Positions 9,175-17,351 of a stretch of DNA of 64,000 nucleotides are shown piece by piece. The translations under genes and the position numbers were made by a program. Below the pieces are notes generated by a model. The model was not told where the DNA came from, made no database searches, and saw nothing but the letters and a program-made list of their open reading frames with translations. Each line of letters opens with the position of its first letter. Within the stretch, counting starts at the first letter, position 1. The DNA is taken from contig OZ242008.1 of the NCBI GenBank assembly GCA_965204735.1, positions 64,001-128,000 of the forward strand, in the 5' to 3' direction. Origin of the DNA: Longimicrobiales bacterium (GTDB lineage Bacteria > Gemmatimonadota > Gemmatimonadetes > Longimicrobiales > Gaopeijiaceae).

Positions 9175-10509
9175 ATGACCGAGCGACAAGAACTCCACAA
9201 GACGCCGATCCGCCCCTTCCGCGCCGCACTGGCGTCGATCTTCACGCGGACCTCGCTTGCCGTGGCTGCACTCGGCGCCGCCTGCTCCGGCCACGGCCGC
9301 GATTCCTGGGTCGGCCGACACGCGAGCGATGAGCAGGTCACGCAGCGAAGCGCGGTCGTTCCGGAGCTGCACGAGGACGTCGCCGCCGAACCGGCGAACG
9401 TGGATCGAGCAGACCCCGATCCCGCTTTCGATGCCCGTCCGTGGGCTGAGGGGCCTTGGCTGACGCCGACTTTGGAAGCCGCCTCGGGAGACGACGTACT
9501 GTTGTCTCGCGTGGACGCCCTCGACATCGCGTCGGACGGCCGAGTCTACGTCGTGGATGGAGCGAGCGAAGGCGTCCTGGTGCTTGGGGCCGATCTGACC
9601 TACAAGGGGTCGATCGGTCGGCGTGGGGATGGCCCCGGCGAGTTCAAGCGCCTTACGGTTGCTCAGGTGCTGCCGGGCGACAGCTTGTTCGTATTCGATG
9701 CCGATCTGCAACGCATCACCCTGTTTGCCTCCCAAGCCGACGGCCCCGAGTATGCAAGACCTGTTTGGGGCCCGACCCGTACTGGATCCGGAGCCTACAA
9801 GCCGGCGGCTGCGGCCTATCGTCATCCAGGCAATGGATCGCTTCTGGGTGTTTTTCGCCTGGCGTACATGGCTTCGGGCAGCGACGTAGGCGAACGAAGA
9901 TACCACGTGTTGCGCCACCTGTATGAGAACCACGAGGGCCAACACGCCGACTCCGTGTTCGCCTTCCCCAGTGGCGAGGCACTAGTCGTCAGGCGCGGAT
10001 GGATCAAAGGCGGCGCCGTGATGGTCGCGACACATCCCTTCGGCCGCCGGCCGTACTGGTCCCTCTTGGGCCACGACCGCTTGGTCTACGTCCATTCCCA
10101 TGCCGTGTCGGCGCAAGTGATCGACTGGGACGGCCGATCTGTGTCGTCGTTTTCCTACGATTTGAAGCCGATACCGGTCACTGATGCCGAAGTCGACGCC
10201 GAGGCGGACGAGATGAAGGCCGAGACGGCGCGGCTGTTTCGGGACGGCGCGCCGTACGTGTGGCCTCCGGTAGCCGGTCTGGTCGGCGACGACCAAGAGC
10301 GCATCTGGCTGGCCATTCGCAAGACCGACCGCGCCGTCCTGGAGTGGGCGGCCTTTACCCAGGACGGCACGCACGCGGCATCGGTCCTGCTCCCGGCCAA
10401 CTTTCGCGTGTTGGCCGTCCGCGACGGCCGCCTCGTCGGCGTCGACGTGGACGCCTACGACGTGCCGACGATCAAGTCGTACCGTACGGCGCCGCCGCTC
10501 GCGTCGTAA
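9175..10509 (+). CDS. 6-bladed beta-propeller lipoprotein
   Basis: Lipobox GAAC; 'IGRRGDGPGEF' and 'GDDQERIWLA'. Start uncertain (9127, 9139 or 9175). Confidence 0.8.
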   Translation: MTERQELHKTPIRPFRAALASIFTRTSLAVAALGAACSGHGRDSWVGRHASDEQVTQRSAVVPELHEDVAAEPANVDRADPDPAFDARPWAEGPWLTPTLEAASGDDVLLSRVDALDIASDGRVYVVDGASEGVLVLGADLTYKGSIGRRGDGPGEFKRLTVAQVLPGDSLFVFDADLQRITLFASQADGPEYARPVWGPTRTGSGAYKPAAAAYRHPGNGSLLGVFRLAYMASGSDVGERRYHVLRHLYENHEGQHADSVFAFPSGEALVVRRGWIKGGAVMVATHPFGRRPYWSLLGHDRLVYVHSHAVSAQVIDWDGRSVSSFSYDLKPIPVTDAEVDAEADEMKAETARLFRDGAPYVWPPVAGLVGDDQERIWLAIRKTDRAVLEWAAFTQDGTHAASVLLPANFRVLAVRDGRLVGVDVDAYDVPTIKSYRTAPPLAS

Positions 10510-10683
10510 GGGCGGCCCGGCCGGCTGGCGGGAGCCGCCCGGCAAGCCGAACCGAACTCGGCGACTTCTCGGGCGCCGGCCTTCCCATACGACCCCGGCT
10601 GTGGCACAATTGGCTGTCCGCCGTCCGCGGCGCTTCCGCACTCGTTCGCGTCCTGCCCCCGCATTTCGTCCCCGGAGCCTCCG

Positions 10684-11091
10684 TTGAGCCACGCCCAGGT
10701 CCGCCACTACCGCGTTGCCGACCTTCCCAAGGAAGAGCTGAACCCCCGCATCTCCCGAAGCCTGATCACCGGCGAGCGGACGATGCTGGCCCACGTCTAC
10801 CTCAAGAAGGGCGCCCTCGTGCCGATGCACTCCCACGACAACGAGCAGATCACCTACGTGATCGAGGGCGCGCTTCAGTTTCGGATCGGCGACGACGGAC
10901 CGCAGGCGCTGGTCGTGCGCAGCGGGGAGGTCCTGCACCTGCCCAGCAACGTGCCCCACGAGGCGGTCGCCCTGGAAGACACGCTGGACGTGGACGTCTT
11001 CACGCCGCCGCGACAGGACTGGCTGGACGGCACCGACGCCTACCTGCGGACCGCCGCCCCGGACGCCGTCGCCCCGAGCGAGGAAGGCTAG
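10684..11091 (+). CDS. Cupin-domain protein
   Basis: 'PMHSHDNEQITYVIEG' and 'PSNVPHEA' cupin motifs. Confidence 0.9.
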   Translation: MSHAQVRHYRVADLPKEELNPRISRSLITGERTMLAHVYLKKGALVPMHSHDNEQITYVIEGALQFRIGDDGPQALVVRSGEVLHLPSNVPHEAVALEDTLDVDVFTPPRQDWLDGTDAYLRTAAPDAVAPSEEG

Positions 11092-11095
11092 CGCC

Positions 11096-12028
11096 ATGGG
11101 CGGGGTCGGCAAGCTTGAAGGAAGCCCCTGGATCTGGAAGGATCGGGAGTTCGTCCGGTGGGAGGACGCTCAGGTGCACGTCCTCAGCCTGGCGGTGCAG
11201 TTCGCCGCGTCGGTCTTCGAGGGCATTCGCTGCTATGCGACCGAGCGCGGCCCTGCCGTCTTCAGGCTCGACGCGCACCTGCGCAGGCTCATGGCGTCCA
11301 GCCGCACCTACCGCATGGAGCCCGACTACACGGTGGCCGAGCTGACGGACGCCACCGTCGCCACGATCAAGAAGAACGGGCTCGAGTCGTGCTACGTGCG
11401 GCCCATGGTCTTGCGGGGCTACGGATCGTCCGGGATGAACCCGGAGCACAGCCCGATCGAGACCTACATTCCCATGTGGCCGTGGGGCGCCTACCTGGGC
11501 GAAGAGGGGCTGAAGAACGGCGTGGACGTGGGCGTGTCCTCGTGGAACCGGCCCGCCCCCAACACGCTTCCCAGCGGCGCCAAGTCGGCGGGCAACTACC
11601 TGGTCTCCCAGCTGATGGTGCTGGAGGCCGTCGCCAACGGCTACGTGGAGGCGATCGGACTGGGACCCGGCGGCCTGGTGAGCGAAGGCAGCGGCCAGAA
11701 CCTCTTCATGGTGGTGGACGGCGAAGTCGTCACGCCGATCCTGGACGGCACCTCGCTCTCGGGGATCACGCGCCACTCGGTGATCAAGATCGCCGAGGAG
11801 ATGGGGTACACGGTCCGCGAGCAGCTGGTCACCCGCGAGATGCTCTACGCCGCCGACGAGCTCTTCTTCACGGGCACGGCGTCGGAGGTGACCCCCATCC
11901 GCTCAGTGGACGGAATCCGGATCGGCGAAGGCAGGCGGGGTCCGGTGACCGAGCGCCTCCAGACCCGCTACCTGGAGATCGCCCATGGGACCGCGCCCGA
12001 CCCGTGGGGCTGGGTCCAGCACGTATAA
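11096..12028 (+). CDS. ilvE: Branched-chain amino acid aminotransferase
   Basis: 'VFEGIRCY', 'AKSAGNY', 'SEGSGQNLF', 'LSGITR' and 'FFTGTASEVTPI' motifs. Confidence 0.93.
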   Translation: MGGVGKLEGSPWIWKDREFVRWEDAQVHVLSLAVQFAASVFEGIRCYATERGPAVFRLDAHLRRLMASSRTYRMEPDYTVAELTDATVATIKKNGLESCYVRPMVLRGYGSSGMNPEHSPIETYIPMWPWGAYLGEEGLKNGVDVGVSSWNRPAPNTLPSGAKSAGNYLVSQLMVLEAVANGYVEAIGLGPGGLVSEGSGQNLFMVVDGEVVTPILDGTSLSGITRHSVIKIAEEMGYTVREQLVTREMLYAADELFFTGTASEVTPIRSVDGIRIGEGRRGPVTERLQTRYLEIAHGTAPDPWGWVQHV

Positions 12029-12203
12029 GGTCGCCAGCTCGGGGAGCAACTTCGAGCCCTGCCGCGGGGCTGGGTCCAGCACGTGCAGGGCTCGCCGGCT
12101 CTGGGCCGGTCTGCTCTAGCCCTCCGCGGCGCTGGGTCCAGCTTGTGCAGGGCTCGCCGGCTCCGGGCCAGTGGGCCAGTCTGCTCTAGCTCTAGCCCTC
12201 CGC
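12006..12203. repeat. Degenerate ~60-bp tandem triplication between convergent genes
   Basis: GCTGGGTCCAGC occurs three times (~12009, 12069, 12131), and CTGCTCTAGC/CCTCCGCG recurs. Confidence 0.8.
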
Positions 12204-13661
12204 GTCGAGCGCCAGCACCGACCGCAGCAGCACGTTCGCGCCGCGCACCACGTCCTCCGGCTCCGTGTGCTCCCTGGGGGAGTGGCTGATGCCGTCCTTG
12301 CTCGGCACGAAGATCATCCCTATGGGACCCAGCTCGGCCATGCTCTGGGCGTCGTGCCCCGCTCCCGACGGCATTCGGGCGTGGGAATAGCCCAACGCGT
12401 CGGCCGACGCCTCCACGATCCGCCGGAAGCGCTCGTCGGTGGGAGCGGCCAGGCTCTCGTAGAAGCGGTCGAAGGAGAAGGCGACGCCCCGCGCCTCGGC
12501 GATCGAAGTTGCCTGCGACTCGATCTCTGCGAACACGCTGTCGATCTTGGCCATCGACAAGTCCCTGATCTCCAGGGACGCCCGGGCCACGCCCGGCACG
12601 ACGTTGGGCGCGCCGGGCTCGGCTTCGATCCTTCCTACGGTGGCCACCTGCCGCCCCTCCGTCCCGGAGGCGACTTCGTGCACCGCGCGGACGAAGTCGG
12701 CCGCGGCCACCAAGGCGTCCCGTCGCTGGTCCATCGGCGTGGTCCCGGCGTGGTTGGCGGCGCCCGTGACGACCACGTTCCACCGGCGGATGCCGACGAT
12801 GCCCTCCACGACGCCGATCTGGGTTCCCGCAGCCTCCAGGTAGGCTCCCTGCTCGATGTGCAGCTCCAGAAACCCGGCGATGGAGCCTGGTTCGCGACGC
12901 GCTTCCGCCAGCCGGTTCGGGTCCCCGCCCAGGCGGGCGATTCCTTCCCGAATGGTGAAGCCGGAGGCGGTCTCGATCTCCAGCTCGAAGGGCTCGACGC
13001 GCCCGACCAGCGCGCGACTGCCCGTCTTGCCGCCCTCCTCGTTCTGGAAGACGACGACTTCCAGCGGACGACGCAGGGCGAGGCCATGGTCGTGCAGGAC
13101 GAGAGCCGTCTCGATGGCGGCCGCCGATCCCACGTGGCCGTCGAAGCTGCCCCCCTGGGGCACCGTGTCGATGTGGGAGCCGACGACGATCGGGCGGCCC
13201 GCCAGGCCCGCGTCGGTTCCCGGCAGTCGGCCCACGAGGTTGCCGGCCAAGTCGGTGGCCACGTCCAGCCCCGCCCCGTGCATCAGGTCGGAGGCGTACT
13301 CGCGCGCCGCGAGGTCTTCGTCGCTGTAGGCGAGTCGCGTGGTGCCGCCGTCGGGCGTGCCGCCGAAGCGGCGGAAGTCGGCCACGATGCGGTTCACGCG
13401 CTCGCCGTCCACGAGGGGGAGCTGGCTCCTTGAAGCGCCGCTCCGGCCCGGGCGCGCCGCCGTCGTGGCGCCGTCGCGGCCGTCTTGGCGGGCGTGGGCC
13501 GACAGCAGCCGGTCCGAGCGCGCCGCCGACAGCAGCCTGCCCGGGCGCGCCGCCGCCAACGCGGCCGCGACGGCCGACGCCTTCAGGAAGCGCCGCCTCG
13601 ACGTGCGGGCGGGGCGGGACGCGCGGTACGCCAGCGAGCTGGCGGAAACGCCGCCGGGCAT
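12192..13661 (-). CDS. M20-family Zn-dependent amidohydrolase (hydantoinase/carbamoylase, allantoate amidohydrolase-like) with Tat signal
   Basis: 'GSHIDTV', 'NEEG', 'ELHIEQG', 'NHAGTTPM' and 'SGAGHDA' motifs; SRRRFLK twin-arginine motif. ATG overlaps the upstream TGA. Confidence 0.88.
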   Translation of the reverse strand: MPGGVSASSLAYRASRPARTSRRRFLKASAVAAALAAARPGRLLSAARSDRLLSAHARQDGRDGATTAARPGRSGASRSQLPLVDGERVNRIVADFRRFGGTPDGGTTRLAYSDEDLAAREYASDLMHGAGLDVATDLAGNLVGRLPGTDAGLAGRPIVVGSHIDTVPQGGSFDGHVGSAAAIETALVLHDHGLALRRPLEVVVFQNEEGGKTGSRALVGRVEPFELEIETASGFTIREGIARLGGDPNRLAEARREPGSIAGFLELHIEQGAYLEAAGTQIGVVEGIVGIRRWNVVVTGAANHAGTTPMDQRRDALVAAADFVRAVHEVASGTEGRQVATVGRIEAEPGAPNVVPGVARASLEIRDLSMAKIDSVFAEIESQATSIAEARGVAFSFDRFYESLAAPTDERFRRIVEASADALGYSHARMPSGAGHDAQSMAELGPIGMIFVPSKDGISHSPREHTEPEDVVRGANVLLRSVLALDAEG

Positions 13662-16066
13662 CAGGTCCCGTCCGGGCCCGTGATCTCGTACTCCTTCGGC
13701 GGCGCCTTGCCCAGCAGGTGCTCGACGAAGTAGTCCCATGTCCTGCGCACCACGTAGGGCTCGTTGGCGTAGCCGTGGTTGCGGTTCGGGAGGACGAACA
13801 TGTCGAAGTCCTTGTTGTGCTTGATCAGTTCGTCGACGAGACGGATCGTCATGTTCGGATGGACGTTGTCGTCCAGCGTGCCGTAGTGCAGCAGCAGCTT
13901 GCCCTCCAGATTGGCGGCCAAGTTCTGGTTCGCCTGGCTGTCGTAGTTGTCGGTTCCGTCCGGGTTCTCCTCCAGCAGGCCCTGGTACTTCTCGCCCCAG
14001 GGGAAGTGGTAGCCTCGGTTGTCGTGGTTGCCGGCGCCCGACACGGCGACCTTGAAGAAGTCCGGGTGTCGCAAGATCGCGTCCGTCGACGAGAAGCCGC
14101 CGCCGGAGTGACCGAAGATGCCGACCCGGCTCAGGTCCATCTGCGGATGCCGCCCCGCGAGTTCCTTCAGGGCGGAGATGTGATCGGGGATGCCGTTGTC
14201 GCCCATGTTGCCGTAGTAGCCGTCGTGGAACGCCTTGGAGCGCATCGGGGTTCCGAAGGCGTCCACGGCGAAGACGACGAAGCCCAGCTCGGCGAGCGCT
14301 CGGCCATTGCCCCGCCCGGCGGCCGAGAAGTCGTAGCGCGTCACGGCGCCGATCTGGGGACCCGGATAGATGTAGTCCACGACGGGGTAGCTTCGCGTCG
14401 GGTCGAAGTTCGACGGGAACCAGAGGAGGCCGTACACCGGAGTGGTCCCGTCCCTGCCCCGGGCTCGGAACGGCGTCGGCGGAACCCACCCGGCCTCCTG
14501 GAGCCGCGAGATGTCGCTCGTCTCGACAGTCAAGCGCACGTCGCCGTCTTGCCCGCGCACCACGGCCACGGGCGGTGCCTCCGGGGTGGAGTACGCGTCC
14601 AGAAAGTAGCGACCCGATGGCGATGCAATGATTCGATGGACCGCGTTCTCCGGCGTCAGCAGCCTTGTGCCGGAGCCGTCCAGGCCGACGCTGTACAGGT
14701 GCGTGAAGTACGGATGGCGACCTTCCTCGCGACCCGCCGCAGTGAAGTACGCCGTGCGGCTCTCCTCGTCCACTGCGATCAGCTCCGCCACGAGCCAGGG
14801 GCCTTCGGTGACCCGGTTCTTGAGCGTTCCGTCGCCGTCGTACAGGTAGAGGTGTCCGTAGCCGTCGCGTTCCGACCACCACACGAACTCGCTGCCGTCG
14901 CCAAGCGCCCGCCACGCCGGCGGCGAGTAGGTGAGCTGGTTGAGTTCCACGTAGGTCGGTCCGGCTTCTTCCAGCAGCAGCGTTGCGGCGCCCGTTGCCG
15001 CGTCCACCTTGTACAACTTGTACGTCTTGAAGTCGCGGCTCCGATGGGTATAGAAGACGTGGCGGCCGTCGGCGGTCCATTGCACGTCCACGTACGCCGT
15101 GTCGCCCCGGGTGAAGAAGCCCGGCTGCGGCTCGACCTGGGCGCGCGCCGAAGTCGCGTTGTCGACGTCGAAGATCCAAAGCTCGGACGTGGGCACGACC
15201 GAATCGCCGGGAAGCGCGTACGCCCAAGAATGCAAGATCGGTCGGCCGTCGGCGGCTTCCAGCAGATGAAAGCGCTCCACGTTGCGTTCGTCGTAGCGAT
15301 GCGTGGCGATGCGCCGAGAATCCGGCGACCACTGAAGAACTGGCGAGCGCTCGCGCCCCTGCCGTCGGCTGGTGATCTCCTGGCAGCACCCTTCGGGAAC
15401 GGCGCCGTAGCCGAACTCCGCCTCTCCGTCGCGGCTCAGCTGGGTTTCGTCGCCGCCGGTCTCCCTGACCCAAAGGTTGTCGTCCCTGACAAAGGCCACC
15501 CAGCGTCCGTCGGGCGACGGTCTTTCGGCGTCGGACGGCCGCGGGATCGAGTCGGGTCCCGAGCAGGCGTAGTCGACGACGTCGCAGGTCCAGCGCGCGG
15601 AGTCCGCCACGTGAAAGCGTATCGTGCCGCCCCCGTCCACGAAGTCGAACTCGTCGAAGGGCAGCTTGGCGCCTTCGTAGGCCGTGTCCGCCGCCAACGA
15701 GAGAGCAGCCGCCAAGCGGGCGTGGTCGAAGGCCGGGGCGCGAGAGGCGGCGGCCGGATCCACCACGACGAACTCGTGACCCGTGGACGTCTTGCTTCGG
15801 AACCAGAAGCGGTCGCCGTCGAAGAACTCGGGAACGACCTGGTCGCCGGAGACCAGCTTGGCCGCGTGCCACGGCAGGAACTGCTCGGCTCGCGCGTAGT
15901 CCCGCTCGGTGACCCGCCCGTCGGCCTGCCCGAGAGCGGGTCCGGGCGCCGCAATGGTCGGAAGGGCGGCGAGGGCGAAGAAGACGATGCCGACGAGCGA
16001 AAGCGCGGGCTGCGGCGTCGGCGGGTACGTCGATTCGGGTTCTTGCACTGCTGGGTTCGTCGTCAT
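13661..16066 (-). CDS. S9 (DPP-IV-like) serine peptidase, secreted
   Basis: Signal peptide, DPP-IV N-terminal propeller, nucleophile motif GHSGGG, 'DDNVH' and 'NHG'. Confidence 0.92.
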   Translation of the reverse strand: MTTNPAVQEPESTYPPTPQPALSLVGIVFFALAALPTIAAPGPALGQADGRVTERDYARAEQFLPWHAAKLVSGDQVVPEFFDGDRFWFRSKTSTGHEFVVVDPAAASRAPAFDHARLAAALSLAADTAYEGAKLPFDEFDFVDGGGTIRFHVADSARWTCDVVDYACSGPDSIPRPSDAERPSPDGRWVAFVRDDNLWVRETGGDETQLSRDGEAEFGYGAVPEGCCQEITSRRQGRERSPVLQWSPDSRRIATHRYDERNVERFHLLEAADGRPILHSWAYALPGDSVVPTSELWIFDVDNATSARAQVEPQPGFFTRGDTAYVDVQWTADGRHVFYTHRSRDFKTYKLYKVDAATGAATLLLEEAGPTYVELNQLTYSPPAWRALGDGSEFVWWSERDGYGHLYLYDGDGTLKNRVTEGPWLVAELIAVDEESRTAYFTAAGREEGRHPYFTHLYSVGLDGSGTRLLTPENAVHRIIASPSGRYFLDAYSTPEAPPVAVVRGQDGDVRLTVETSDISRLQEAGWVPPTPFRARGRDGTTPVYGLLWFPSNFDPTRSYPVVDYIYPGPQIGAVTRYDFSAAGRGNGRALAELGFVVFAVDAFGTPMRSKAFHDGYYGNMGDNGIPDHISALKELAGRHPQMDLSRVGIFGHSGGGFSSTDAILRHPDFFKVAVSGAGNHDNRGYHFPWGEKYQGLLEENPDGTDNYDSQANQNLAANLEGKLLLHYGTLDDNVHPNMTIRLVDELIKHNKDFDMFVLPNRNHGYANEPYVVRRTWDYFVEHLLGKAPPKEYEITGPDGT

Positions 16067-17169
16067 CTGGGTTCCTTGATGCGGCGTGCTATTTCACCGT
16101 GGTCGCGTCGGTCGGCGCGCACCTGCTGGTCCTCGTCCTTCGTCAACACGTAGACCGCCGTCTTGGCGCGGTGGTCGGCGTGCTCTTCCTGATCGAGCAG
16201 CCGGCCGATGCTTCGCAGCACGTCCATCCGCTGGGTCGTGACGAACAGTTGCGTCTTCTGGGCGGCGCAATGCTCGAAGAGGAAGTGCAGCACCGGACGG
16301 ATCGAGCTGCCGTGAAGGCCGTTCTCGATCTCGTCGATCATGAGAACGCTCTCGTTGTCCAGTATGCACGCCGTCGCCATGTAGACGGCCCTTACCAGCC
16401 CGCTGCCGAACATGCTGAGCGGCATCATACGGTCGTAGCCCGCGTCCACGTAGACCGTGCTGTCGTGCGTGGCGATTCCGCAAACGTTGGGATTTACCAT
16501 GCGCAAGCATTCAAGGACGACGTCGGCCTTCTTGCTCACGACGACGCTGGCGATCGCGGTGGAGTCGTAGGAGTAGCCGGCGTGCACGTATCGAACGGGG
16601 ATCGCGCGCTCTCCGGACGCCAAGGTGGACCCCGGCTCCGTGCTGGTGGTGACCTTGCCGTCGCTTGCGGCGACTTCTCCGCAGAAGATTTCGGTGTTTC
16701 CCGACGCCAGCTCTATGATTTCGCCGTCGCACCGCAGGACCCGCGGGCGGTAGGGAAGCGACGAACGGACGGCCGCGGCGTAGTCGCCTTGGTTGCCGTT
16801 TGTGGTTTCGGCGACTTGCTGCGCTTCGACGACGTCTCCGTCCACGTAGGCTGCCGTGACGTTCAGCCGCCGATGGTCTGCGCCGGTGGTGGCGGCCGTT
16901 TCGATTGTTCCACTCGCGTTGAGGCCGTGAAAGAGCAACGCCAAGTCGTTGAAGTCGCTGACCAGGTGGCCTCGCAAGTTTTGCATCCGCACGAACAACT
17001 GGGGGCTGGAGAGACCGGCAACGAGGAAGACGGCCTCCAGCACAGAGGTCTTGCCCACGTCGTTGGCGCCCAAGATCAGATTGAACTGTCCGATCTCTTC
17101 CAAGTACAGATCCTGGAGTCCACGAAACCCAGAAACGTTGATCGTGGTGAAGTGCTGCTTGCTTTTCAT
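16063..17169 (-). CDS. AAA_15/AAA_21-type ABC-like ATPase (standalone)
   Basis: 'SGFRGL', Walker A GANDVGKT, signature-like FGSG, Walker B LMIDEIENGLH. Confidence 0.85.
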   Translation of the reverse strand: MKSKQHFTTINVSGFRGLQDLYLEEIGQFNLILGANDVGKTSVLEAVFLVAGLSSPQLFVRMQNLRGHLVSDFNDLALLFHGLNASGTIETAATTGADHRRLNVTAAYVDGDVVEAQQVAETTNGNQGDYAAAVRSSLPYRPRVLRCDGEIIELASGNTEIFCGEVAASDGKVTTSTEPGSTLASGERAIPVRYVHAGYSYDSTAIASVVVSKKADVVLECLRMVNPNVCGIATHDSTVYVDAGYDRMMPLSMFGSGLVRAVYMATACILDNESVLMIDEIENGLHGSSIRPVLHFLFEHCAAQKTQLFVTTQRMDVLRSIGRLLDQEEHADHRAKTAVYVLTKDEDQQVRADRRDHGEIARRIKEPR

Positions 17170-17187
17170 GGCGTCGTCCGTCCTGTC

Positions 17188-17215
17188 GGGGCAAGGGGCA
17201 AGGGGCAAGGGGCAA
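17188..17215 (+). repeat. (GGGGCAA)4 heptamer tandem repeat / potential G-quadruplex
   Basis: Four perfect copies, read directly. Confidence 0.9.
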
Positions 17216-17351
17216 GACGCGCAAGATCAGGCACCGGGAAGCGGGCGGCGAGATCGCGGCCCGACCACTGTACCATGCGGCGGCCCGCCGTGCAATGTTC
17301 GGACGGCCCGACGGGCTCCCTTCGGCTGGCCGCCCAGAGTACCTTCCCGCC

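Noticed and set aside
10510..10545. GC-rich hairpin after the last propeller gene as an intrinsic terminator
   Set aside because: Imperfect stem and no U-tract; not distinguishable from chance at this GC content.
12192..15872. 1226-aa ORF as a single fused protein
   Set aside because: Only the part from the ATG at 13661 is an M20 enzyme; the rest is an alternate frame of the S9 peptidase.
13430..16153. Long antisense and alternate-frame ORFs (e.g. 13430-16153 +, 19590-22313 +, 21172-23805 -, 49344-52226 -)
   Set aside because: Shadow ORFs expected in high-GC DNA; they overlap well-supported genes and lack motifs.
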